Below the pieces are notes generated by a model that worked only from the letters and a program-made list of their open reading frames with translations, made no database searches and was not told the origin of the DNA. This document shows, one piece after another, positions 1 to 12,981 of a stretch of DNA of 64,000 bases. The stretch is from Podarcis filfolensis (lineage: Eukaryota): the NCBI GenBank assembly GCA_964270895.1, contig OZ185450.1; one strand, written 5' to 3'. Each line of letters begins with the position of its first letter. Position 1 is the stretch's first letter. A program made the translations under genes and the position numbers.

Positions 1-1549
1 GCTTTTAAAAACTAGATGGGCAGTCAGTCCATGTCAAGTTATTGGCACAATAAAACTATGCATTGAAAACCACAGAAACAAGTTTGGATAGTGACTTGAA
101 GAAAGGGCACAGTTTTTAAAATGTAATGCTATCTTAGCATTGCAGCCAAGTCTGTTCTTTTAACGTAAAGTAAACTATCTTAAAGTAGCCTGGGGCATTT
201 TATGTAGTACTGATGTCTGCCTTAGAAATGTGTCATAAGTGAGTATTCCAATCTATATTTTGTGTGGTAACTGATGTAGCATTTGCTTTATGATGCCAGT
301 TTTTGATGGTTTATTATGCTCAAGAACTTCAGCAAAACGTATCAGTAAATGGCAGGTAACTTTCTCTGTCTCTACTGAAAATGGTTTTTCTTGCTACCTG
401 TAGGGTTTTACATGAGTCTACTGTCTACAGCGGTCTTGATGAGTCTTCCTCAACCTAGTGCTCTCCATATGTTTTAGACAACTCCAGCTGGCTGAGGCTG
501 ATGGGAATTAAGTCCAACAACATCTGGCGGGCAACAGGTTGGGGACGGCTGACATTAAGGTTTTAGAAATTAGTGGCCACTGAGAGAACAGCATGCTGGA
601 TTAGATGGACCTTTGGTCTGATCCAGCAGGGCTGTTTGTATGTTTGTATCCATAGAAAAGTAGGTGGCAAGTGGCAAAGCAGGGGATTGGTGTAAGTAAG
701 CTGTACAGAGAGTGTGTGGAAGATAGCTGTTCTGAAAAATCAGGGGTGGAGTCTAGCTAATCTGCTGGGCATTGAGGATGCATGTGAGGCAGAGATGCAC
801 AGTGCACTGAGGGTTTACTTACCTCACTGCTTCAACAGTGGGGTTGTGATTTTATGACAAGTCCATTGAGGTCTGGGCATCTCTAAGGCAGTCATAACCA
901 GGCAGGAAATGTATGTGATCTTAGAAGTGAGAAGGCAGCAGGCTGTGGGTTCTGATTCTGCAAGTTTGTTGAGTGTAAAGGAAGAGAAGTGGGGAAGAGA
1001 AGTGGTGATTGTCATCCCTGTCTTTCTACCTGAGCCCTTTGTTGGCAGTATAGGCAGTGAACATACTCTCCTCACCCCTCACAGCATATATGCAGGAAGC
1101 ATGATGTTGGCACAAGAGAAAGCGTGATGCAGTCAGCTGACATATCAGTAAGGGAGGGTGATGGAATAAGTTAGGCAGACAGATATGGGAGATAAACATG
1201 GATGATGGAGACCATGTATCAGGAAAAGTGAGGAGAAATTTTCTCTCAGTCTACTATTTAGTAACTGTGGGCACATTTGTGTATTCTGTACCAGCCAGTG
1301 CATTAGGCGTGGGCCTCTAGGGTCCTAAATTGAACTACAGTATTAGAAGAATAAGTCTTGGAATCCAGTGTCAGCCTCCTGATGGTGCTCTCTGTGATTG
1401 AAAGTGAGGGCATGTTAGAGGAAGTCAGCAGCCTCTTCCTGCTTATGGAACTTCTTTCTTCCAGCATTCTATGAAACCCTGTCCTGTACTAGACAGATAT
1501 GGAGAATGTGTCAGAGCACCACTTTTTTGTCCCTTATACCTCCCAGCTA

Positions 1550-2010
1550 AGACTATTCCAACCCATCATCCATTACAACTACGGTATATTTTGCAGTTTG
1601 GCAGTAGGCATGTCTTGATTCACCGGCAGTCCCCCTAACCTGAATCAGCTGCTCACCATTGCCAGCAGCCCACATAACAGAGGCACAAATGCAAGGATCA
1701 GACACTGCAACAAGCCCAGATACAGATGCAATAAAATAGGTATTAAAGGACCTAATAATGTTAACCACAATATCAAGGGTTTATTCACCTGCTTGTCTTC
1801 CAATATGACATACAGCATCATCTGCCAGTAATAGCCTTCTGCATTCTATACAGCATAGGGCAAACAGGTCAGTAGCCTTTATGCAAAGAAAGAGAGAGAA
1901 AACACAAATATTACATCAAAAAGGACCATATCCCATTGGAGAACATTTCACCACCACAGAATACAGTACTCTGTTACTGACCTTAAGTTGACCGTTCTTG
2001 AACAAAGAGA
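1550..2010 (+). mobile_element. Degenerate Penelope-like element, GIY-YIG endonuclease region
   Basis: Hand translation with stops and frameshifts: RQSP/NLNQLLT, CNKPRYRC...GPNNVNHNIKGLFTCLSSNMTYSIICQ**PSAFY/IGQTGQ, GEHF, TDLKLTVLEQR. These match the Penelope pattern RQPPNL...SNVIYAI.C..C...YIGQTGQ...GEHF. Confidence 0.8.
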
Positions 2011-3413
2011 GGTGTTGATTAACTTGCAACGCCAGGATGTGTATGTTACTGTTCACAAAGCAATGTTGCTCATTGTAATTCTTTTACATACAGTTAAGTG
2101 TTAATACATTTTTCACCATCTGCATTTCTTACATTTCATTTTCTGCTCATCCGACAGCTAATGTTTTGTCTCTTTCTCTATAGTCATGTGTACTATATTG
2201 TAGCTACTCATTCAGCATCATATTCCATACATCTGATAAAGTGGACTTTAGTCCTTGAAAGCATGTGCCATAATAAATTAATTTTAAAGATGCCGCAAGA
2301 CTTTGTTTTTTGCCTATGTTCTAAATAAAACAATCTAAATAAAATGTTCTAAATAAAACAATCCGGTTGTTGCTTGAATACCTGAGGCTACAATATTAGA
2401 AATTATTAAAAAGCAAATAATCACAAATCCTTAATTTAATTCTTCAAATCCCCATTTAGCATTCACAGAAGTTATAAAGCATTTGACTGCTGGTGCAAGA
2501 CTTGCCTACCACTAAGTTGATTTATTTCTGGCATTATATCACATAAATCAGGGGCTGTACAAACAATGTTGATACCATGTAAATTTTAGAATAGCTGTAG
2601 CCTTCAATCCAAGAAATCTTTCTAATAAGACTGCTGAATTGTTGAAGGAATAGTGAAATGATACTGTTGTAAATCTGCTGTTCTGTGATCTGATGAAGCT
2701 GTTGAGATACATTTTGGAACATTAAAGCTTGATTTCCTCATGGAATCTTCTGCTGAGTTACCTGGAAATTTGCATTGGGTTTTGGTTTCCCAGAACCTGA
2801 AAGAATTACAGGAGGTTAAAAAGTGTGGCCCACCACTTCATTTGAAACTAGTATATATGCCAACAAAATGCAAGCAAGACTGAGTTTGGTGAAAATGTCA
2901 GTGAAGTATAGAATAAATAGCATGAAGTCAAAACTTAACAGTTGCTCCTTTCTTACTCCGTATTGAGTCAGATTTAATTCGTCTCTACCATATGCTGGTT
3001 GAAATTCTGTGGAACTTGTGTTTGCTTTGTGTTCCCATTCATGGGACTTGTATTTTCCCTGTGGCCATGAATTCAGTGAATTCTAATTACCTATGATGTA
3101 AGACAGTAGTAGATGACTGGGTGGCTATAAATTGTAGCTGCAGGTGTGGATTTAATAGATATATGTTCCTTTTATGGATCACAAATAGTATCTATAGTAC
3201 AAGTTGCAACAGAAAATAAGACTTGATAAGCTGGCTTACTTTTGGCCTGTATTTTATAGAGTTGCCATAGTTTCTTGACAATGTCAGTGTAAGTACAGTT
3301 GAAAATTAAGTTATTAGTTATTTTAGAGTAGAGTTCAGATACCTATGCACAAGTGCTTAATGACTGGTGGATACTTAATAGCAGAACACAATCATTCTTT
3401 AGCCAAAATGGAT

Positions 3414-3645
3414 GCTAAACAGTGTGGTGTGATGGTTAGAGTGTTGCATCAGGACCTGGGAGAGCAGGGTTTGAATCCCCACTCAGCCATGAAACTCATT
3501 GGATGATCAATCTTAGCCTAACCTACCTCACAGGATTGGTGTGAGGATGACATGGGGTGGGGAGAGAGAACCATGTACACCACCTTGAGATCCTTGGAAG
3601 ATAAAGGTGGTATATAAATGTAAGCAATAATAATAAATAATAATA
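3414..3645 (+). mobile_element. Old MIR/CORE-like tRNA-derived SINE with (TAA)n tail
   Basis: A-box-like gtggtgtgatggttagag, B-box-like ggtttgaatccc, core ctacctcacagg.ttggtgtgagga, aataataataa tail. Confidence 0.75.
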
Positions 3646-3649
3646 ACCC

Positions 3650-3822
3650 TGATGGATATGTTCTGCCTCCAAAGTTGGAAACCACAGGAGGGGAGAGTGT
3701 TGTTGTGCTCAGATCCTACTTGTGGGTTTTCTATACACATCTGGTTGGTCAGTGTGAGAACAGGCTGCTGAAGTAGATGGGCCACTGGCCTGATCCAGCA
3801 GTCTCTTTTTGCATTCTTATGT
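3650..3822 (+). mobile_element. SINE/L2-type 3' fragment (tagatgggcc.ctggcctgatccagcag tail); related copies at ~573-645 (+) and ~53020-53150 (-)
   Basis: The same tail motif recurs three times in the window. Family assignment is approximate. Confidence 0.6.
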
Positions 3823-5890
3823 GTGTGTCTCTTCCTGTTATTTAAGTTATGGAATTTCCCAAAAGAACAGTGTTGAGGCATCTGAGCATTGTGATGGGAT
3901 GAAATGTCAGATCTCTACACTTGTTCTTTGGGCCTCCCTTCATCATATCTGAATGATCTTTAATGTCATTTTTCTAGTCTTTCAAACCAAATTAATAGGT
4001 CTTCAGGCCTCTACGTTGGCTCATCTTACTTTTCTTTCTATGCGATTGAATTTGAGACTACTTGAGAGATCATATTTGGATTCAAACCTAGTTCTTGCTG
4101 TACACGTTAGTAGCTTTCTTTCTTTTTGAATGCAAAGTATCTAGCTACTGATTGCTTACACTAGTGAATGGAGTAAGGCTCTGTAAAGCTAAAAGAATTT
4201 CCTTACTGAAAATGCACCAACAGTCTTCTTGGGTTTCTTCTTCTCTACAGGCAACTCTCCACTTACGCAGGGGTTACGCTCCAGGGACAGCGCATAAAGC
4301 CAAAATTGCATATAGTCAAAACACATTGGGTTGAGTAGGTGTGTAAGATTGTCAAAGCCTTTTCCCCAAGACACCTATTCCATTTCCGTCCATTCATTTA
4401 TTTTTTAGCCAAGCACATAAAGCTGGATGTGTGCAAGTTAAATGCACACAAGTTGCAAGTTACCTGTACTGCCGTGCTTGATTTGCTTTCTTGAGTTGTG
4501 TGGACTGTTACTGGGTTGTTTATGCACTTCTGGCATGGCCTACCTTGTGTGTTCTACTCCATTCTTGTGACATACTTTAGTCAGAATATTTTGGAATGTG
4601 GAATAATATACAGAAAATCATGCTTCTAGGTCAGAGGGTAGATGGTTCTATTATATCTCTAGGCCACATCTGTATTCCATGTGCAAGTTCCATTAGACTG
4701 TCATTGGCCATACCTAAGAACCAGATGTGTTCGACATGGTTTAGTGTGCATTACATAGTCAGGGCCATATGCATGCCAAGTTTTAGAACAAAGCTGCTTT
4801 TTTGTGTGTCTCGTTATAACAATTGAATAATTAAAACAGTTGAAAATCCTGCCCTGCCCTATTCCTTCTATAGCTTGCAGATGTGTAATTTAGTTGACCT
4901 ATGAGTTGAGTTCAAGAATGAAAATTTATAGACCTCAAGGCAAAATGTAAAAGGCTTACCAATTGAAGTGTGGCTCAGATAAATGGGTGGTGGCTGCTAT
5001 CTAGCTTCGAAACATGTACAGCTTTTTGGTTTTTCAGAGGAGAAAAGTATTTCTCTCTAGGCATCACACCATAATTAGAATTCCTTACACAACTGTGTAA
5101 TCATGTTGGCAACATGTCAGCAAAATGTGTACAGTTTTTTAGCTATGTGACCCACGGAGTCTTACAATGATGAGTTGCCCAACTTTTCTTAGCCTTTATA
5201 GTTTCCAAGAATTAAACTGTAGTAGAAATGTTGAAAAGTCAGGAGCAAGGAAATACATTAAAATATGTGTTCATTGGTCGGTGGTCATAATCAGTGGTCA
5301 TAATTTCTAAGTTAAATCAATATTTTTTTAAGGGTTGCAGAAAACACTTCAAAGTTTTCTGTTACCATTCTGTATGGCATAAAGAAAGAAAGTCTCAAAA
5401 TGGGACTGGAAAAATGTAATGAACTCTAATAAAAGAGTAAATGGACAATTTACTACATTATTTTGTTGAAACATTCCTTGGGGGTGTAAATTTAGTTTAT
5501 GGTAAATTATAATGCCTCTGAGGAGGATTTATATTGATACTCATTGGACAGTTTACTGTTTTACTTGAGTTCACTCCTATACCCTGTACTATTTTGAGGT
5601 TTCCCTCTTTCTCTACTCTTTTGCATTTGGTTCTGTCCTTTTTTATTTAGTGTTGTAGCAGTTGTTTGTAGCCTTCTACTCTTGATCTATAATAAGCCTG
5701 GTTCGTGTTGCAAGACACAAGATTTTCATAGTGACTTTCAATTTCAGTAGTAGAAGGATTTATGTGAATTTAATACTTTCAGAAATAAGCCCCCAGTGTA
5801 TTTTGTTTCACAGTAACTTGCACACAGAGAATTTGTCTCAGGATTGTGGGTTTGAGACCTACATTGGGTAAAAGATTCCTGCGTTGGGTA

Positions 5891-6145
5891 AAAGAAGAAG
5901 AAGAAGTGTTTGGATTTGATATTCCGCCTTTCACTCCTTTTAAGGAGTCTCAAAGCGGCTAACATTCTCCTTTCCCTTCCTCCCCCACAACAAACACACT
6001 GTGAGGTGAGTGGGGCTGAGAGACTTCAAAGAAGTGTGACTGGCCCAAGGTCACCCAGCAGCTGCATGTGGAGGAGCAGAGACGCGAACCCGGTTCCCCA
6101 GATTACGAGACTACCGCTCTTAACCACTACACCACACTGGCTCTC
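5891..6145 (-). mobile_element. Young tRNA-derived SINE with (CTT)n tail (Squam3-like; name tentative)
   Basis: Reverse complement is nearly identical to the + copy at 57843-58097; tRNA-like head (gtgtagtggttaagagc...gggttcg). Confidence 0.85.
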
Positions 6146-6207
6146 AACAGGGGTTGGACTAGGTGTCCCACATGGTCCCTTCCAACTCTACAGTTCTATG
6201 ATTCTAA
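6146..6207 (+). mobile_element. CR1 LINE 3' terminus
   Basis: caggggttggactag...ggtcccttccaactctacagttctatgattct is the characteristic CR1 hairpin and ATTCTRTG-type tail. Confidence 0.75.
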
Positions 6208-7074
6208 GTTTCTGTGAAATAAACTCCCTGGAAAAGTTCAAGAGTTCCTTCAAATGGTTGTGGTGTTTGATGAAACATGAAATGGTGCTTTGTGGCAAGT
6301 TGGCATATTTTTGTTCCTACTAGCTCATGCTGAAACTTGACTCGAAAAACAAAACACCCTAGTCTAGTCATAGTGAATCAGTGGAACACTTTACCTGTTG
6401 CTTTAAATTAAACCTTTTTCCAGGAAAGTGTTGTGACTTGAGGAATCTAGGGGAAAAATTTACTAGTGCACATCTGTGATTCAAGGTTGTAAAAAGTGCT
6501 TGGTACACCCTTTATCTCTAGAGTTTGGTTTATCTTTAGTGCCTGACTCTGTTTTTAATTTAAATTTATATTTACCACTTTGAGAACTGAAGGTTCTCAA
6601 AGTGGTAAATATTAATATACTATTAAAATCAAACAAGGTTAGGAATGAAGTTACAGCAAAAAAGTAAGCTTTAAAGCAACATATGGTCACCATCAGAGCA
6701 CTAGTAGGAGGGACAGATAATCACAATAGCAAAGGCATAAAAAAAAGCAGGTTTTTTTTACAAGATGTTGAAATGCCAATAAAGAGTGGGACCAACAAGT
6801 GTCTTGGGATTGGGAGTCACATAATCAGAGCAGTACACCTTGATACGTATGATTACTACATGCACAGTGATTTCCAAATTTGGGGCAGGGTGGACAATAT
6901 CATATTTGTAAATGTTTTAAATGGAGTGTTGACTGCTTGATTCCTTCCTTGTTTTAGAACAGTGAAATAAACTTGGAAGCGAGTTTGTTGCTCATCAACT
7001 TTAATTCAGAGCATAAATGAAGGCATAACATTGTTGCTGGGTTATATAGATATCTCACGTTTAAAATAGGCATA

Positions 7075-7890
7075 TTTGTTCCTGAACAGGGATAGCATAA
7101 CCACTATAGTCCATGCATTTGTAATTTCTGGGCTAGATTACTACAATGTTCTCTATGTGGGGCTGCCCTTGGGTCTTGTGTGGAAGCTCCAGCCAGGGAT
7201 GTGGCTGACAGCATGTGACAACATAGTTAAAACATTAGCATTGCTGCCATTCTGCTACTAAGTCAGGTTCTGGGTCCTAAGGGACCACCTGAACCCTTAC
7301 ATTCCAGACTGATCCCTGAGATAATCTGCAGGGGCATCATTAGTTGTTTCCTAAGTTGACGAGGCTCATTTGATAGTAACAAGAAGCCTTTTGTGTCACT
7401 GGAATACTTGTGGAATACTCTGCCAGTAGAGGTACCTTCTTTTTCAGCTTTTAAATCAGGGGTAGGCAACCTAAGGCTGGATGTGGCCCAATTGCCTTCT
7501 CAATCCGGCCCATGGACGGTCCGGGAATCAGCGTGTTTTTACATGAGTAGAATGTAATTTATTTAAATGTTATTTAAAATGCATCTCTGGGTTATTTGTG
7601 GAGCATAGGAATTCGCTCATCCCCCCAAAAAATGTTGTCTGGCCCCCCACAAGGTCTGAGGGACCGTGGACCGGCCCACAGCTGAAAAAGGCTGCTGACC
7701 CCTGTTTTAAATGCTTGCTGAATTTTTTTCTATTCCATGAGGCTTATGCTGGCAGCTACACATACATACTTCTGTAATAGTTAACTGTTCTGGTTTTTTT
7801 TTTTACTGTAATTTTGTGTATTTTTTATGTATAACTGTTGTAAACCACTGTGATACTTTTTAAAAGAATAGCGGTATACAACTGTTCAAA
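7075..7890 (+). mobile_element. L2 LINE 3' fragment, interrupted by a hAT MITE
   Basis: IVHAFVISGLDYYNVLYVGLPLGLVWKLQ matches the L2 ORF2 motif VHAFVTSRLDYCN.LY.GLP...KLQ; an L2-like tail follows near 7800-7890. Confidence 0.8.
7457..7704. mobile_element. Non-autonomous hAT (Charlie-type) MITE, 248 bp
   Basis: Termini caggggt...acccctg; perfect 8-bp TSD ttttaaat (7449-7456 and 7705-7712); subterminal cggccc motifs. Confidence 0.9.
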
Positions 7891-10800
7891 ACAAACAATT
7901 AAAGCATTTCATTATTGGTGTCGCACACAAGCCATCTAGTTGCCCAAGATGAGCAGGTTCAAATGCCTACATAACTATGGGATCTCTCTGCATGACTTTA
8001 GCAAATCACTTTCTTTCTGTCTCACTTATCTCTCAGGTAGTACTTGTGCACACAGTAGCATAAAGCTTGCTTAAACATATGTTCTTAATGGTTGCGTTCA
8101 GAGTGTTACAGTGACCTACAGCAGATGGTATTGGATTTTGATGAGGAAATTTTCCACATTCCTGCCTTTCCATATCATTTTGAAAAGGCATTCATTTAAT
8201 CCCCTTCCCCCTTGTGGCCTTTGGAGATTTGTATTCATCTGGTTGCCTTTTCTGTATCAAGTGTCCATATTTATCATGAATAATATAAGGGATATCACAG
8301 ACCTCAGATTTAGTTGCTGTACCTAACTCCACCCTTTCTGCTCTTGGAATGTAAAATGACCCAAATCCAGAAGTTAGGGGAGCGAGGGAGTAAGATGTGC
8401 ATAGCCAGACAACAGACAACTCAGTTGCTGTCAGCCCATTGAACTTAGTGAGACTTACTTCTGAGTAGACATGCATATACTTGTCTGTTCAGATTTAAAC
8501 CATGCAATATTAATTTATTTTAGGAAGATGAGAGAGGGATAATAAACTGATTAGTTAATTCGTAGCTGTTACTAAACATACCTATAATAAATGTATTAAT
8601 TAAATGGGTTTTCATAAAAGCTTATAACTGCATCCTGCATTGAAACCACCACTTTTTATACATTCTTATTTATTGATTTCACTGCAGTGTTTGAAACTCC
8701 CATTGTTCTAGGCACATTTTGCAACAGGGAATTTCATTTGCGCGAGCAGTTTCTGAGCCCTGGGTGCAGTACTGCGCCAAAGATTTCAAATTAAAACGGC
8801 ATAGTGGAAGGAAAGGAGGACCTTTTTCTGCCTCCCCACTTCCAGCTACTCTCTGAAGACTGGAGAAGAGACCCTCTTAAGAATATTAGGGGGGTGGGTA
8901 GGAAGAAGGATTCTTGTTATAAAAAAAGTGCCTTGACAGTCCATTGTTGCGCTCATAACCTAGGTTTAAGGTGCCATTTAGCTCTTAGCTTTCATATCTC
9001 GGTTTCTAACACTGTTATACTGATATGCAGTACTAGCTTTCTTCCAAGGCATTCCAATGTTATTTGCATTTTTAAAATACTAAAACACAAAAGGTACAAA
9101 ATATGGAACATTTTCGTCTTAGACCAAGTGGTGGTCCCTTCAGGAGCTGATAATGAGCCTCCTACCTTGAGCTTCTTCACTTTTGCCTTCCTTCAGGGCA
9201 TACAGCTCTTAATTTGCCCCAAGGAAGATGTGGGAAGAGCTACCCCAATAGTAATAGGTGGAAGATGGCAGTTGTGGAAAAAGACGGCAGGCTTGAGGAC
9301 TGTCTTCTGTTTGGTCTAGCAGTCTTAGAATAAATTATTTTAAAATTTCTTAATTGCCATTCTATTTGCTTACTAAAGATGACATACAATAATAAGAAAA
9401 AAAGCAAAGTTAGGCAGGTAAAATATGTTAAAATATGACAATTTCTCCACTAGTTTGGTAATATCTTCATTGGGACCATCCAAAATGTCACAAAAGTGTA
9501 GCATACTTTTGAGTTCCCCAGAACTCAGCATTCAAATAAGATGTTTACACAGAGATGAGACCAAGAGGTCAGCTTGTAGACTCAGTTACAAGATGGAGAC
9601 TGCAGGCTAAATAAGTCCCTCCCAGGTGCTTCAGATATCAGGTTACACACCTAGGATTCTGGGATAAATAAGCGATGCCATCTCCAAATTTCTGATAAAT
9701 TAAAGCCTGGCTTGTAACATATCTGTGTCAAAAATAATGAATAACAAAAAAGTCTCCTGAAATGGTTAAAAATGTTAAACTTTTGAAATAATATTATGAT
9801 TCTAAAGTATAATTCAAATTAGCTTGTTACACACATTGTTTTCTGTCCTAAATTTAGAAAATTTAGGTGTGTGCACACACATCCTGCCTTCATTCTTGTT
9901 TTGAAAAACTTCTGGTAAATTATTTGTTCTATTCAGTATCATAGATTTGTGAAAGGCTAGTACAAATATTGAAAATGCAAATTTAGTTGAAGGACTGAAC
10001 CTTGGAAACCAACAGACTCACTTCTCTCTTCGCAAAGTACTTCTAGATCTGACTTTTCAAATTACTTTTGCAAGTTTCTCATCCGCAGGCATGTTGGAGG
10101 CCTGACTTCTTTTAATCTAGTAATACACAAAAATATAAGTTGTAGTTCCTGCCTTTTACATTAGGTTGTGACTAAATCAAAACATTATTTGAGCTCAATC
10201 CCTTCTTTTCTGAATGTAATTAGGAACACACTGATTCTTATTGCAGCTGGCAGCCTCTCACTATTGCCTTTTTCTTCATGTGACCCCCACGGTCTCGATG
10301 ACCTTTCCTGGGGTTAGTCATAGGCCTTTTTCATTGTGATGGGCTAGAAGTGGCTCATGTGGAGTTGATTATTTCCTTGCTTGTCTGGTCTTTTTGGTGC
10401 CATAACTTCAAGTCATTTCCATTTTCTTCTCTGTTTTTGGCTGACCACAGTGAAAGGAAATGCTTTTGCTGGCGACAGGATCAGTTTACATGCTTGGCCG
10501 ACTTGATTGAGCCTGTGAAAAGGTGGGGGCGTAGGGTAACAAACCCCAAAGGTGCTATATTTCCTAGGTATAATTTGGTAGTTGGTAGTGTCTATTAAAC
10601 ATCTAAAATCTGCTTAAATTTACATTTCCCCGATTTTCCAGTCTCCCTTTCAGTGTTTAATGCACAGCAACTTTTTAAAAATCCCAAACCCACAGCCCTG
10701 TGAGAGAGAATGTATTCGCGTCAATTGTACATGAATGTGCATTGAGAGATTTTACAGTTCTCAGAAGAGTGAAGAAATGAACCCTGGGGTTAGCAGTTAA

Positions 10801-11219
10801 AATTGATGGGCAGCAAGTCAGTTGCTACTAGCTGATGTTTAACCACTCCTTGTAAACAAATAAGGCCTAGTGAATTGCATATGCCAGCTGTTACACTTGT
10901 ATTCCTGAGGTCTGACGAAACAGCATGAAAACTGTGATCAAAGGCTTTGAGAATCACGGAGGAGCCAGTGACTAAGGAAATGCCAGTGACTAAGGAAATA
11001 CCTTTCTCTAAATAATGTAGACGTCTCTACTTTTGCTTTTAAGGTGGCTCAGTGTGAAACTTAATGATCAATTTTCACTTTTAAAAACGTGTGCTGTTCC
11101 TGACAGATGTAGTGGAATCTAAATGGGTTTTCATTGATGCAAGGGGGGCAGTGTGACAAGATGTTTCTTCACACAACGTTATGTACCGATTAAGATCATA
11201 CAAAACTCTGAAATTGCAA

Positions 11220-11475
11220 CAGAATGAAATAAGCAACTTTCATAAGTTGAAATTTCTCTGTCGTGCAAAATTTTAAAATCCTCCATTTTTCAAAGGCATT
11301 GACTTGCACTGGTGGTGTCATTTGCTGCCTCTCTCAGCTCTCTTTCATTCTCCAGAATGAAATAAGCAACTTTCATAAGTTGAAATTTCTCTGTCGTGCA
11401 AAATTTTAAAATCCTCCATTTTTCAAAGGCATTGACTTGCACTGGTGGTGTCATTTGCTGCCTCTCTCAGCTCTC
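11220..11475. repeat. Two identical 123-bp copies (11220-11342, 11353-11475) separated by a 10-bp spacer
   Basis: Base-by-base comparison shows no mismatch. Confidence 0.95.
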
Positions 11476-12394
11476 CACCCCTCACTTCCATAATATGTAG
11501 ATAGTACTGACATACATTCATGGATTTTTAAAGTATTATGACAAGAAAAAATGTACCTGAAGTGGATTATTATTCATTCAGTTAATATTCTCAAAGGGCA
11601 AAGAAGCTTTGTTGTAATTCATCTCAAGCAAATTAGCCGCTTATCAAAAGCTCATTTTAGAGCTGGGGTAACAAAAGCAATATTGTCTGGCTTCTAGGAA
11701 ATGGAATCATGATCTTACTAATTTTTGAATTTTTTTGAAAACTTGGTGCTACTTTAAATGGATGATTTGCTTATTTATTTAAGCACATCAGTAGAAGGGC
11801 CTAAAATATATTCCAGTGCAGAAATCACTAGATATATAGACGGTACAAAACAATGTATTAATCATGTGCAGGATTGTAATGTTAACTGCAGAATTTCCTG
11901 CAAATATCTCTAAAAATATTGTTCACTCATTTGATTTGAAATTCTGAACTACAGCTAAATATAAATAGTGATGATTCGATTCTGCAGTAAATTCTCCAGT
12001 TCAGAATTTTGTTCACTATGGACAGTTAACATAATAAATAAGGAATAAGTAGTGATCCAGGTTTTGGAATATTAGAAATTGTGATTAATGTCCAAAATAA
12101 TATTCTGTGACTGAAATAAATGTAACATCTCATGCTGCCTCTTTCTTGAAGATTTGCAACTTGTACAGATGATCAGACTTCAGTCTGTAGACTCATTAAA
12201 TCTTGACCTCTTGAAATGATCAATAGAGATATCAGTGATGACAAATGAAAGGACACCTGTCACTTAACAAAGTTGTTGGCCTTTCCTTTCAGCTTCAGGC
12301 TGAGTTTCGGTACTGTGGTTACCTTGGTAGATGACCTATGCTGTTGTAGAGATCTGGGTACCATGAATATTTATCCCTCTCCCCCCCCCCCCCG

Positions 12395-12660
12395 ATCTTT
12401 CAGTCGACTTTGATACCATTGATTATGGATGTTGCTGGGAGGTTCAAGAAGGTGAACCTGGGGAACTGTTCTTAGCAGCTTACTTGTTGTAGGGTCCTTC
12501 CAGGATCCACACTGTCTCCAGGGTGATAATATTTACAGTACAAGAATCATCAGAGTGAGATCAGCCCCAATATGCATATGGTACACACTTCCATTTATGT
12601 CTTCCATCTTAATGACATGATTCTTCAGCTTTACTGGGCACTTGCCTAGGGTCAATAATG
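12395..12660 (+). mobile_element. Highly degenerate L2 reverse-transcriptase fragment
   Basis: FDTIDYG (FDTIDH motif), a decayed G.PQGS.L.P-like stretch and QYAYGTH (decayed QYADDTQ) in the expected order. Confidence 0.55.
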
Positions 12661-12980
12661 CACTGATTAAATCCAGTCAAGTTGCTCATAGTCAATATTT
12701 CTCTGAAATGAAGTGAGATGGGTAACTATCAGGGACATAGGGACCACCTCCTAGGGGCTGAGGTCCCTTTAGCCCCCCCCATAAAATATTTGAGGGAGAC
12801 GGGCCCTTGAAGGTTGATTGGCATTGCCATTCAAATGGCGTTCATGTGCCATGTCATGTGATCAGTTATGCAGGTTGTGGCTTACCTGGGCCCCCTCAAT
12901 ATTTTATTCAAGTTGACACCTGTGATCAGGGAGGGTATCTTTTTAGTAGTGGCAACCCAGGTAGGGAACTCTTCCCAGGG

Positions 12981-12981
<1 letters not shown>

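Noticed and set aside
5891-6145. tRNA genes (also 57843 and the Sauria SINE heads)
   Set aside because: The tRNA-like A/B boxes are SINE heads followed by SINE bodies and tails; there is no complete cloverleaf.
8804-9319. 171-aa ORF
   Set aside because: No recognisable domain, no flanking splice signals that fit, and intron-like composition; consistent with chance.
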